This document shows, one piece after another, positions 1 to 9,580 of a stretch of 64,000 bases of DNA; position 1 is the stretch's first letter, and every line of letters starts with the position of its first letter. A program made the position numbers and the translations under genes. A model generated the notes under the pieces. The model saw nothing but the letters and a program-made list of their open reading frames with translations. It ran no database searches and was not told the DNA's origin. This stretch comes from Promethearchaeati archaeon (GTDB lineage Archaea > Asgardarchaeota > Heimdallarchaeia > Heimdallarchaeales > Heimdallarchaeaceae). Where the stretch lies: positions 32,001 to 96,000 of the forward strand of contig JABLTJ010000004.1 in the NCBI GenBank assembly GCA_013166775.1, written 5' to 3'.

Positions 1-2
1 AA

Positions 3-620
3 GAATATGAAGATAATATAGAAAAAATCCATGAATTAAACAAATTTGATGGAATTTTAGTTCCAGGAGGATTCGGTTCTCGTGGAGCTGAGGGAAAAAT
101 TTCTGTAATTAAATATGCAAGGGAAACTAAAGTTCCATTTTTAGGAATATGTTATGGGTTCCAGCTTTCTGTCATTGAATATGCCCGAAATGAATCTAAT
201 CTCGAGAAAGCAAATACTTCAGAGGTAGATCCCAACTCCCCTCATCCAGTAATAGATCTTCTTCCTGAGCAGAAAACAGTGGATGAGATGGGGGGAACAA
301 TGAGATTAGGAAAACATAAGATTTTGATAAAAACTAATTCAATTCTTGAAGGAATCTATAAAGACACTGAAACAGGCGAACGACATAGACACAGGTATGA
401 GGTTAATCCTGAATACATAGATATTCTAGAAAGGAAAGGATTATCCTTCTCAGGACGTTCTGAAGATGAAACAAGGATGGAAGCTCTTGAAATAAAAGAT
501 CATCCATACTTTATTGCAACACAGTTTCACCCAGAATTTCAATCAAGACCCTTAAAACCATCACCACCTTATTTCGCGTTTATTAAAGCTGCAAAACAAA
601 GATCCGAGCAAAGAACCTAA
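3..620 (+). CDS. pyrG: CTP synthase, C-terminal glutamine amidotransferase part (5' truncated by window)
   Basis: Frame is open from position 3: DGILVPGGFGSRG, PFLGICYGFQ (catalytic Cys), GGTMRLG, ERHRHRYEVN, QFHPEF. The ORF track start at 279 is internal. Confidence 0.96.
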   Translation, partial: EYEDNIEKIHELNKFDGILVPGGFGSRGAEGKISVIKYARETKVPFLGICYGFQLSVIEYARNESNLEKANTSEVDPNSPHPVIDLLPEQKTVDEMGGTMRLGKHKILIKTNSILEGIYKDTETGERHRHRYEVNPEYIDILERKGLSFSGRSEDETRMEALEIKDHPYFIATQFHPEFQSRPLKPSPPYFAFIKAAKQRSEQRT

Positions 621-683
621 AAAGATGTTTCGCACTTACTTAATATAGGAAAAAATAGATAGTATTTATAGTGGTATAGAAAA

Positions 684-1838
684 ATGGGAATGCATAATAA
701 GATAGATGATGCTATTGATAATATTTCCAAAAAAATAATCGCATATAATGAACACCGCAAATTATTCCAAGATTTATTTAGAAAAGTAAAAAAATCTCTT
801 AATCCTTCTGAATTTCCAAGTGCTTTTGGTATAAAAACAAAAGATTCTTTCTTTACAGTCAAAGTTCCAAAGACCAATATTGATGGTTTAAAAGTTGCAG
901 GAGTTGATGGAGGAGTAATTCATAGAACACTCAACTACTTTGATATTGCTTTGATTAGAGCTGTTGGAGTACTATTTTTGCATCAAAAAGATGATAAACC
1001 ACAAGTAAGATATTTTCCTGAAGAACAACCTTTTCCTGATATTTTAACTAGTATTGAGCCATTATCTCAAAATGAGATAGATACGCTTATTTCCATTTGG
1101 AGAATGCAAAAGGAAATCCGTTGTGGAATCTCTTTATTAGAAGAAGATATGCCAGACATCATTATATTAGATGGTTCTGTACTACCTTTTATCGATTACA
1201 AACAAGTAAATCAAAGTGAATTTCTTATGAGTCAATATCGAAATCTAAAAACTCTTTATAGAAGACTCTATTCTCTTTGCGAAAAAAATCGAACAGCTTT
1301 ATGTGGTGTAGTGAAAGATTCTCGTTCTGCAATTCTAACTAATAAATTAGCAGCCCTCCTGCCTCATTTAGGCAAGATGCCTGAATTTGAACAGTTACTG
1401 AAAATCGATTATCGTCCAATAGTTAAACAGTTAAGAGACACAGATCTACTCTATCAAGTACTTGATGTAGATGAAAGAACATTCGAATTCTTCCTTTCTA
1501 ATTTTAATGATGATACTGATCAGGAACTGAAGGATTTTGATATACACTGTTTCTATCTTAAAACAGCTGAATTTGATGCCCCTTTAAGAGTAGAGTTCCC
1601 ATTATTATTTTCAAATCAACACGATTTAGCACAAAAGATATCAGCACTTGTAATAGCTGTTTCCAGATATAATCCAGAATATGGTTTACCAAGTGTTATA
1701 ATCGAAGCAGATGCAAGAGCGCGGTTACAAGAAACAGATGCGGATATCCTTGTTGATGAAATTTCAGCAAAAATAGGTTATTCAAGCTTTTCTCTTCAAA
1801 GAAGAAGATCAAGGTTACCATTCAAAGCAGGTGATTAA
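684..1838 (+). CDS. nurA: NurA family nuclease
   Basis: Motifs VAGVDGG, IIILDGS, GVVKDS, PLRVEF, YGLPSVIIEAD. Its stop codon abuts the herA ATG. Confidence 0.88.
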   Translation: MGMHNKIDDAIDNISKKIIAYNEHRKLFQDLFRKVKKSLNPSEFPSAFGIKTKDSFFTVKVPKTNIDGLKVAGVDGGVIHRTLNYFDIALIRAVGVLFLHQKDDKPQVRYFPEEQPFPDILTSIEPLSQNEIDTLISIWRMQKEIRCGISLLEEDMPDIIILDGSVLPFIDYKQVNQSEFLMSQYRNLKTLYRRLYSLCEKNRTALCGVVKDSRSAILTNKLAALLPHLGKMPEFEQLLKIDYRPIVKQLRDTDLLYQVLDVDERTFEFFLSNFNDDTDQELKDFDIHCFYLKTAEFDAPLRVEFPLLFSNQHDLAQKISALVIAVSRYNPEYGLPSVIIEADARARLQETDADILVDEISAKIGYSSFSLQRRRSRLPFKAGD

Positions 1839-3332
1839 ATGGCAAGAAAAAGTATAGGTACAATAATAGTAGGTGAAGATAATTCCCCAAATCCTTCAGA
1901 ATTTAATTTTGTTCTTACAAAATCAGAAGAAGAATTTCAACTAGAAAAAGGCATGTATGTGATTGTTCCATGTGATGATGGAGAAATAATAGCAACGGTA
2001 AGCGATGTTTACAAGACAAATAGGTATTTCTCGTCTCCGTCAGCTGTTAGAGCATACGAAACAAGCGGGAAAACACTTGCATCTATTTTTCCAGCTGATA
2101 GATGGGAGCACATCATAGCCAAAGCTAAACCATTAGGTATCATTACTGATTTAGGCATTCAAAGATTACTATTCCCAGTATCACCTGGTGAAACTGTCTT
2201 TATCCCTGAATCCAAAGTTCTTCAGAAATTTCTAGGTCTGGAAAAAACAAATGGAATAAACTTGGGGAAAATTGAACAACATGATGTAGAAGTTCAGCTA
2301 AATTTAACTAGATTCCTTCAAAAGCATGCAGCGATTTTAGCAATCTCAGGAGCAGGTAAATCATATACGGTTTCAGTTATGTTAGAAGAACTTCTCTCTC
2401 GACCTAAGAAACAAGGTAGGATAGCTATGGTTTTGTTTGATGTTCATGGAGAGTATAAAGGATTAGGAGATGAAGAATCACCATTTTACAAACACATTGA
2501 AATATTTCCTGCAGCTGCTATTCAATTTGGCACTCATGCTTTAAGAGCACGACAATTTGCTATTTTTGAACCACAGATTACCTCAGTTCAAACTAGGGAA
2601 CTATCCAAAATTCTTAATAAGCTTTTTGAAGAAAAAACAAAGAAAAACGAGACTTACACAATTTCAGATATAGTTAAAGAACTTGAAGCAGATGAACATA
2701 TAAATCAAAGAAGTAAGGAAGCATTGATTGGTTGGCTATACACTTTAGAAGAAACAAGATTATTTGGAGCTTCTGAATATCCTGTTTTAGAGAAAATCTT
2801 AGAGCCTGGAAAGTTAGTTATTTTTGATTTAAGCGAGTTCACAAGCTTAAAGCTCAAACAGATGATAGTAAGTTATATTTTGTATCGTATTTTCGATTAT
2901 AGGAAGAAAGGAAAAATTCCCCCAACAGCAATAATTATGGAAGAGAGTCATCAGTTCTGTCCTGAAGCTCGACTCGAATTAGCAATTTCTCGACCAATTA
3001 TCGAAACAATCGCAAGAGAAGGAAGGAAATTTTTCACTTCGTTAGTTCTTATAAGTCAGAGACCAGTTAAGATGTCAACTACAGCTCTCAGCCAATGTAA
3101 CACCCATATAATTATGAAAGTATTAAATCCGTATGATTTAGATTTTATAGGTCGTTCCTCAGAAGGAATTGATAGAGCGACATTGAACACCATTACAGGT
3201 CTTGGTGTAGGTGAAGCTGTAATTGTTGGAAATGCTGTTAACCATCCAATTTTCGTGAAAGTAAGGAAAAGAAAAACAACTACAATGGATACACAAACCC
3301 TAGAAGAATCTGCAATTAATTTTGACACTTGA
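1839..3332 (+). CDS. herA: HerA/FtsK-family ATPase (DNA translocase)
   Basis: N-terminal HAS-barrel-like region, Walker A HAAILAISGAGKS, LFDVHGEY, Walker B IIMEESHQF, IAREGRKF, ISQRP. GGTGA RBS 4 nt upstream. Confidence 0.92.
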   Translation: MARKSIGTIIVGEDNSPNPSEFNFVLTKSEEEFQLEKGMYVIVPCDDGEIIATVSDVYKTNRYFSSPSAVRAYETSGKTLASIFPADRWEHIIAKAKPLGIITDLGIQRLLFPVSPGETVFIPESKVLQKFLGLEKTNGINLGKIEQHDVEVQLNLTRFLQKHAAILAISGAGKSYTVSVMLEELLSRPKKQGRIAMVLFDVHGEYKGLGDEESPFYKHIEIFPAAAIQFGTHALRARQFAIFEPQITSVQTRELSKILNKLFEEKTKKNETYTISDIVKELEADEHINQRSKEALIGWLYTLEETRLFGASEYPVLEKILEPGKLVIFDLSEFTSLKLKQMIVSYILYRIFDYRKKGKIPPTAIIMEESHQFCPEARLELAISRPIIETIAREGRKFFTSLVLISQRPVKMSTTALSQCNTHIIMKVLNPYDLDFIGRSSEGIDRATLNTITGLGVGEAVIVGNAVNHPIFVKVRKRKTTTMDTQTLEESAINFDT

Positions 3333-3372
3333 GATACTCTAAAATTAAAAATATAATAAAGAAATAATTCTA

Positions 3373-3391
3373 CAAAAGAAAATTTCTTTTG
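3373..3391. repeat. Near-perfect palindrome between herA and Sm (terminator or operator candidate)
   Basis: CAAAAGAAA-A-TTTCTTTTG, extendable imperfectly outward, just upstream of a TTTTTAAG TATA-like box for Sm. Confidence 0.35.
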
Positions 3392-3467
3392 AGTTATTCT
3401 TTAATCAAAATCTTTTTAAGTTATCGTCATCCCCTCGATTCATATAGTTTAAGATTTGGTGAATTAT

Positions 3468-3701
3468 ATGAGCAGCATTCCCATAAACTCCTTGAGAAAG
3501 GTAATAGGACAATATATTATCATAAGATTAAAAGACAATGTGAAATATAAAGGCAAGCTTGAAAGCTTTGATCAATACATGAACTGTCATCTCAGTGATG
3601 CAATAGAAATTATCGAAGATGAAGAAGTATCCAGATACGGGAATCTATTTGTTAGAGGAAACAATATTTTGCTTGTTCAATTATCTGTTGATGAACTTTA
3701 A
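3468..3701 (+). CDS. Sm/Lsm family RNA-binding protein
   Basis: Sm1 motif (LKDNVKYKGKLESFDQYMNCHLSDA) and Sm2 motif (YGNLFVRGNNI). GGTGA lies 5 nt before ATG 3468. Confidence 0.93.
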   Translation: MSSIPINSLRKVIGQYIIIRLKDNVKYKGKLESFDQYMNCHLSDAIEIIEDEEVSRYGNLFVRGNNILLVQLSVDEL

Positions 3702-5827
3702 GTTTCTTCTTCATCATCATCATCAGTAATATTTTCTCTTCTCCTTCTCTCACTTAATAATTTCTCATCATATTCTGCTATTTCTCTACGACGTTCTTTT
3801 CTGTAATCATCAAGTAAACTATCTAGAAAACTCTTTTTTTCTTCGATAACAATTTCTTCAATTTCCTCTATTGCGTCCTCTAGAATTCTAATGAGATCCT
3901 CTTCTCTTATTACTGCTATTTCATCAATTCGTTTAAGTTCCACTGTATTAGGATTTGCAATTGGAATCTGCTCTTCAACTAATTTCTTTTTCGCGTAATA
4001 TGAAAATTGATTTTCGTCTCCTACTATAGCTTTAATCCTATAAGAGAGAAGTTTTTCAACTGTTTGACCGCCACCGCCTGTTGTATCTAAAATCAATACA
4101 ATGTCTCCTGGTCCAAGATCATATGTTTCAGCTGTTTTTTCTATTTCCTCTTTAGTAAATTTCTTTATCACTTTAAGAGGTATCCAGCCTTCTCTATTTC
4201 TTAACCAAGTTACTGTTTTTAATTCCTCTACTCTTCCACTTGATCTAGTTAATTCTGTTTCTAACTGTTTTACTTTCTCTTGCAAAAAACTAATCTGATT
4301 TTCTCTTAAAATGTAAGCTTTTTCTCTTTGGATTTGTTCTATATATTCCGATTTTCCTTCGCTTAATCTTTCTCGTAAATATTCTATTTTCTCTTCTAAT
4401 TCCTTTAATTCAACATTTAATTCTGTATTCTTTCGTCTCTCCCAATCTAATTGTTCTTGAAGTATAAAACTTCTTTTTTCCAAGATTTCCTTTTCTTGAC
4501 TCTGGTGCGAAACTGTCTCTTGTGAGAGTACTTCAACTGGAGAGATTTCAGTTTCTTCTTTGAGTGTTTCCTCTATCTCATTTGTTGCTTCCGTTAGAGA
4601 TTTTCCTCTTACTAGTAAGTCTTTTATCTCATCTCTTAATGATTTATCATATTCATTGTAGTATTTTCTATCTATGTTTTCAAATTCCGATCTGAATTTT
4701 GTGTACCCTCTATATGCAGAAGCTAGAGAATCTCTCTGATGAGCATTTTTTGTTAATACACCATGCTGCATAGCTAGTTTTCTAGAAATTTCATTCTTTT
4801 CGGAAACAGTCATAACACTGCGAGGAGTATAGAGTCTAGCATTGAAAGCAGCTGCTATCTTTTCAACATAAGAAGGATAGGGATAAACATCTACACAGAT
4901 TAGAGTGGGTTTTCCATATTGTGTTATTTCCCTTATTATCTGTCCTCTACTTGCTTCTCGATAACTACTTACTTTTAGTATTCTACCATTTAGATCAAGT
5001 ATTGATAATCCAACTGTTAAACCAGGATCAATCCCAACAATTAATCGTTTCAAAGACGACTTGACTTTGACTTGTTGCGAAAGAGGAATAAACTCAACTC
5101 TTTCTTTATTCACTGGAAAGATTTTAACTTGGCAAATTTCTCCTTTCCGTTTCTTTATCCTTTTTGTAACACTATCTATTGGTGCATAAATACTGAATAC
5201 AACCTTTTGTGCTCCAAATTTGCTTTTTACTGCCCTTTTATCAAAATCAAACCGGAGTTCCACTATTATGCTTTCAATATTTTTTGCTTCTTGATTCACA
5301 GTTGTATCTATTAATCGTCCATATCTTTTCTGAGACCAACCTCCTGGTCCTTTTGCTTTTGATCGTGATACAACAACTTTGGTTTCATCCTCAAATGGTT
5401 CAACGATATATCCAAGCTTTCTACTAGCTAGAATAGCACATGCTTCTGCAGCTTCAATTGGAGACAGTTTTCCAGAGATTGGTAAATCATTTTGTTTCAT
5501 TAATTTAGGAAGAGACGTAAAACCATGAATAGGTGACCCAGTGACCTGTACTAACTTAGTTGCGGGAAGTAATTGCAAACAAAGATGAGGAATTTGTGAT
5601 GGGTTTTTCACTAGCTCGTATATGTTATCAGAGGCAAGGAAATTAGCTTGGGAACTCCTTATTATGCCTATTAATTTTTGTAAATTGACTTTATCATACT
5701 TCTGTATTAGCTTAACATTAGCACCATCATAAACACATACAGCATAATGTGATACACCTGAAGGGGAACTTTGTGGTAATATATCAATTCCTACAATAAT
5801 TAAATCTGTTTCAGCTATACATATCAC
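3698..5827 (-). CDS. DUF460-type protein (RNase H-like domains plus long coiled coil)
   Basis: IVGIDILP at the N-terminus, second IVGIDPGLTVGLSILDLNG motif, NAHQRDSLASA, C-terminal coiled coil. Start uncertain (GTG 5827 or ATA 5818). Confidence 0.82.
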   Translation of the reverse strand: MICIAETDLIIVGIDILPQSSPSGVSHYAVCVYDGANVKLIQKYDKVNLQKLIGIIRSSQANFLASDNIYELVKNPSQIPHLCLQLLPATKLVQVTGSPIHGFTSLPKLMKQNDLPISGKLSPIEAAEACAILASRKLGYIVEPFEDETKVVVSRSKAKGPGGWSQKRYGRLIDTTVNQEAKNIESIIVELRFDFDKRAVKSKFGAQKVVFSIYAPIDSVTKRIKKRKGEICQVKIFPVNKERVEFIPLSQQVKVKSSLKRLIVGIDPGLTVGLSILDLNGRILKVSSYREASRGQIIREITQYGKPTLICVDVYPYPSYVEKIAAAFNARLYTPRSVMTVSEKNEISRKLAMQHGVLTKNAHQRDSLASAYRGYTKFRSEFENIDRKYYNEYDKSLRDEIKDLLVRGKSLTEATNEIEETLKEETEISPVEVLSQETVSHQSQEKEILEKRSFILQEQLDWERRKNTELNVELKELEEKIEYLRERLSEGKSEYIEQIQREKAYILRENQISFLQEKVKQLETELTRSSGRVEELKTVTWLRNREGWIPLKVIKKFTKEEIEKTAETYDLGPGDIVLILDTTGGGGQTVEKLLSYRIKAIVGDENQFSYYAKKKLVEEQIPIANPNTVELKRIDEIAVIREEDLIRILEDAIEEIEEIVIEEKKSFLDSLLDDYRKERRREIAEYDEKLLSERRRRENITDDDDEEET

Positions 5828-5833
5828 CTTTGA

Positions 5834-6730
5834 TTACTTACCAACTATATATTCAATTACAGTGTCAACCTCATCTGTAGTTATACCCCATTTCTTTCCT
5901 ATAAAATCAAGTAAATGAGAAACATCTCTTTCTAGGAGATTCAATGCTTCTGGATGTTCAGCTTTTACAGCTTGAGGAAAATCTATCACAACCATTGAAT
6001 CATTGTCAATATCATAAAGAATATTATACTCTGTTAAATCAGCATGAACTATCCCATGTTTTTGATAAAGTGTTTTAGTAAACTCAATTATTTTTCCAAG
6101 CAACTTAATGGGTTTCTTGGGATACTGTACATTAACTAATTCAACTCCATCAGCTATTTCCATCGCAATCATATGGCGATTGTGTCCTAATAATTTTGGA
6201 ATTGGGAGATTTTGATTCTGCAATTTTAACATAATCTCATATTCTCTGGTAGCTGATAATTCCGCGATTGAAAAGATAGAATAATGATATTTGTTTTTGA
6301 GAAAGTCTCTTTTCTTTTTTACTTGCTGAAAACTTGCCCTTCCAGTTCTATTTATTTTCAACATAATTTCCTTTTCTTCAAAATCAATTGCATAATAAAT
6401 ATCGCTTTCTTTCCCTACTCCCTTAGCTCTTCCTGTTCCAGCCACTATCTGTTTGTTATAAAGTGTGTTCAGAGCTAGAACATCAAAGCCTGTCAAAGTT
6501 AAAGAATAACCCACAAATTGTCCTGTCCATCTTCGTATCAATTTCTGTTTATGTAATCTTGATAGATAGATTTCAACATCCTTTTCTCTGTAACCTGAAT
6601 AAACAACAATTCTATCCTTAGGTGCATACTCTCCTTTCTTTAGCAAAGTTTCAACCATATTTAAGGTTCTCAACTCTTCATTCGATAATTCTTTGAGTAC
6701 TCTTGCTCCACGAAAGGAAATTGGCATCAT
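5834..6730 (-). CDS. rio2: RIO2-type serine/threonine kinase (ribosome biogenesis)
   Basis: N-terminal winged helix (GYSLTLTGFDVLAL), GVGKESDIY, HADLTEYNIL, IDFPQ. Start moved to ATG 6730 to avoid overlap with the divergent methyltransferase. Confidence 0.9.
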   Translation of the reverse strand: MMPISFRGARVLKELSNEELRTLNMVETLLKKGEYAPKDRIVVYSGYREKDVEIYLSRLHKQKLIRRWTGQFVGYSLTLTGFDVLALNTLYNKQIVAGTGRAKGVGKESDIYYAIDFEEKEIMLKINRTGRASFQQVKKKRDFLKNKYHYSIFSIAELSATREYEIMLKLQNQNLPIPKLLGHNRHMIAMEIADGVELVNVQYPKKPIKLLGKIIEFTKTLYQKHGIVHADLTEYNILYDIDNDSMVVIDFPQAVKAEHPEALNLLERDVSHLLDFIGKKWGITTDEVDTVIEYIVGK

Positions 6731-6781
6731 AATGTGATAAGAGTATGACTTAAAATCATTTTCTTTTATAATGTATTTTAG

Positions 6782-7318
6782 ATGAATAAAAGAAAAGCAG
6801 AAGTAAGACGAAAATACGACACTACTGCCAAAGCATATGATGTAAGATATACCGAGATTCAAAATAGAAAATATCTTGAAGTTTTTTCAAAGCTTGATGT
6901 AAAAATTTCCGATGTCATTGTAGATGTAGGTGCAGGTACTGGTCTTCTATTGAATTTTTTACATAACAATAAGGGAAATATCTTCTGCTGTGATCTTGCT
7001 TTGAATATGCTAAAGGAAGGGAAAAAGAAACATCATCATAGTCATTTTATTTGTGCAGATAGTGAATTTCTACCTTTCAGAGATTCAAGTGCTGATATTG
7101 TTACAAGCTTTACTGTCTTTCAGAATCTTCCAAATCCATCTGCTGTTATGAAGCAGATTATTCCCATTCTAAAAAACGGAGGAGCACTTATTCTAACTGC
7201 CTTACAAAAGAAATACAAGATTGAAGATTTAAAGAAATTGATAGCCCAGACTAATTTAAAAATAGACACTATCTGGAATTTAACTTATGAAGATACTTCG
7301 GTGATTGCTAGAAAGTAG
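6782..7318 (+). CDS. Class I SAM-dependent methyltransferase
   Basis: Motif I IVDVGAGTG, ADSEFLPFRDSSADIV, ILKNGGALI. Confidence 0.88.
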   Translation: MNKRKAEVRRKYDTTAKAYDVRYTEIQNRKYLEVFSKLDVKISDVIVDVGAGTGLLLNFLHNNKGNIFCCDLALNMLKEGKKKHHHSHFICADSEFLPFRDSSADIVTSFTVFQNLPNPSAVMKQIIPILKNGGALILTALQKKYKIEDLKKLIAQTNLKIDTIWNLTYEDTSVIARK

Positions 7319-7336
7319 AAAACAAATATTGAGTTA

Positions 7337-7618
7337 TTACTCAACATTTAGAATTATTTTTCTAACTTTTGTTTTGCACACTTTTCTAACACCGTGTGCT
7401 CCTGGTTCATATCTTGAATCAAGAACACCTGCTCTTTCAAGGTATTTGATTTGAGCAGAAGTATTTGCTTCAGTCTGTTTCATTCGTTTTGCAATACTCG
7501 ATATATCCATTTCTTTGTCCAACAGAAGTTTAACAATGTTATATCTAGTTGGTGAAGATAGTGCTTTTGCTAATGTTATTATTTGTTTTTCATCGTTTAA
7601 TTCAAGTGTGTCAGTCAA
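7337..7618 (-). CDS. ArsR-family winged-helix transcription regulator
   Basis: KALSSPTRYNIVKLL, HTH (ISSIAKRMKQTEANTSAQIKYLERAGVL). TTG start with GGGTGG RBS. Confidence 0.85.
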   Translation of the reverse strand: MTDTLELNDEKQIITLAKALSSPTRYNIVKLLLDKEMDISSIAKRMKQTEANTSAQIKYLERAGVLDSRYEPGAHGVRKVCKTKVRKIILNVE

Positions 7619-7773
7619 TTAAAACCACCCCATTGTTTTAATTATATAATTCTATTTAAAAGCTTATTTAAATATAATGTTTGGTAGAATATAGAATAAG
7701 TGTTTTATGATTCAAATTAATAGAATAATATATATATGGTAAAAGTTTTGTATATATCTTTGCTTTATCTAAT

Positions 7774-7814
7774 ACTCTTGCACCCTAAGTAAGCAAGAGT
7801 TTCTTTGTTTGTTT
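7774..7814 (+). terminator. Hairpin plus U-tract in the ArsR/DRG intergenic region (terminator-like or small RNA)
   Basis: ACTCTTGC-N11-GCAAGAGT (perfect 8-bp stem) followed by TTCTTTGTTTGTTT. Confidence 0.35.
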
Positions 7815-7921
7815 AACTCGATTGTTTATCTTTTTTTGCACTCTCCGCATAAATCGTTAAGGCTAAATACATTTGAATAAGAATCTCTTAAAGCATAATA
7901 GGAATAAAGAAAGGTACAATC

Positions 7922-9034
7922 ATGAGTGCCACCATTGACGAGCAAATTAAAGATATAGAAGATCAAATCAAGAGAACTCAGAAAAACAAATCTACTGAAC
8001 ATCATATTGGTTTGTTAAAAGCTAAAGTAGCTAAGCTGAGACGTAAGAAACTTGATAGTGAAATAGCTTCTCGATCTGTCAGTGGTTTTGGTTTTGATGT
8101 AAAAAAAGCTGGAGACGGAACAGTAGTTTTGATTGGATTTCCATCTACTGGCAAGTCAACTTTAATTTCGAACATTACAAGTAAAGAATCTAAAGTAGGA
8201 GCTTATGCTTTTACAACTACTACTGCTATTCCTGGAATCTTATTTCACAGGGGAACACAAATACAGATAATCGACCTACCTGGAATAATTGAAAATGCAA
8301 GTAGAGGGAGGGGTAGGGGAAAAGAAATTCTTGCTGTAGCTCGAAGTGCCGATATGATATTGATTCTATTAGATCCATATAATGTTGATTCTTTTTATGA
8401 AAAAACACTTCATGAGTTGAAGAATGTAGCAATTCGACCAGGCAAAACGGAACCTGATATTAAAATAAAAAAGAAAGAGAGAGGAGGTATTGCTCTCTCT
8501 ACACTCGCGAAACTATCTCATATGAGTGAAAAAACCTTCTGTGGAATCTTACGTGCTTATAAGATTTTGAACGCAATGGTAACTGTGCGATCTGATCCGA
8601 CAATGGATGAACTGATTGATGTGTTGGAAGGGAATAGAGTATATCCAAAACGTTTAGTTGTTGTTAATAAAATCGATCTCATTAAATCGAAACAAAAAAA
8701 TAGAATTATAAAAAAGTTCCCTGATGCTATCTTAATTAGTTCACTAACAGGAGAAAATCTCAATATTCTAAAAGATGCTATAATAAATAAATTAGAATTA
8801 ATTCAAATTTATCTTAAAAAACAAAGAGAAAAAACTGATTTTAATGAACCTTTGATTGTTAAGAAAAACTCGACTATTAAGGATGTATGCAATAAAATTC
8901 ATCGGAGTTTTGTTAAACAATTCCGATATGCTGTTGTATCAGGTTCTAGTGCTAAACATACAAACCAGAGAGTGGGATTGGATCATGTTATACAAGAAGG
9001 TGATGTTATAACTATTATAGTTAAGAAATTTTAG
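7922..9034 (+). CDS. DRG/Rbg family OBG GTPase with TGS domain
   Basis: TQKNKSTEHHIGLLKAK, GFPSTGKST, YAFTT, DLPG, NKID, C-terminal TGS (QRVGLDHVIQEGDVITI). Confidence 0.95.
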   Translation: MSATIDEQIKDIEDQIKRTQKNKSTEHHIGLLKAKVAKLRRKKLDSEIASRSVSGFGFDVKKAGDGTVVLIGFPSTGKSTLISNITSKESKVGAYAFTTTTAIPGILFHRGTQIQIIDLPGIIENASRGRGRGKEILAVARSADMILILLDPYNVDSFYEKTLHELKNVAIRPGKTEPDIKIKKKERGGIALSTLAKLSHMSEKTFCGILRAYKILNAMVTVRSDPTMDELIDVLEGNRVYPKRLVVVNKIDLIKSKQKNRIIKKFPDAILISSLTGENLNILKDAIINKLELIQIYLKKQREKTDFNEPLIVKKNSTIKDVCNKIHRSFVKQFRYAVVSGSSAKHTNQRVGLDHVIQEGDVITIIVKKF

Positions 9035-9057
9035 AGAATTTTTTGTGGAGAATTTGA

Positions 9058-9510
9058 TTAGAGAATAAAAGGGATATTGAAAGCGTAAGGTATCAGATAA
9101 ATAATTCCCCACAGAAGCATCCACACTCTCCCAATAGAAAGAATTTCTAAATAATTTATACTCTTCTCTCGATTCATAGAAATTTCTTCTTCTTCTTCTT
9201 TCCATCCCCCTTTATAATCAACGATGAGCTTTCCAGCTTGTGCCCCAGTAGCTCTTGGAGTACCTACAGCACCCAAAAGAATTAAGCTTAAAGCTATAAA
9301 ACCAATTCCAATTTTGCCTGATATTGAGAGGGCAACAATCCAATCTTTCTCAACAAGAAAGACTATTGGTGGGATTACAAGAAATATACTTGACCAGATT
9401 ATAGTTCCAACAATAAATGTCCTGGTATTAGAAGAAATCTTTTTTTTCTCTTTGGATTTAGAGGATTCAACTTGTTTTTTTTCATTCAATCCAATTTCAC
9501 TCCATTGCAT
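9058..9510 (-). CDS. Hypothetical membrane protein (about 3 TM)
   Basis: Three hydrophobic segments, charged N-terminus; fills the gap between DRG and the amidohydrolase. Confidence 0.6.
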   Translation of the reverse strand: MQWSEIGLNEKKQVESSKSKEKKKISSNTRTFIVGTIIWSSIFLVIPPIVFLVEKDWIVALSISGKIGIGFIALSLILLGAVGTPRATGAQAGKLIVDYKGGWKEEEEEISMNREKSINYLEILSIGRVWMLLWGIIYLIPYAFNIPFIL

Positions 9511-9580
9511 ATTTGAAGTAAATGAGCTATAAAATGATTTTCACTAACAAAGAATCGGATCATGCTGAAATTGAGTAACT

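Noticed and set aside
9511-9580. Possible C/D box sRNA (ATGATT...CTGA)
   Set aside because: Box C is poor, and there is no convincing C'/D' pair or correct spacing.
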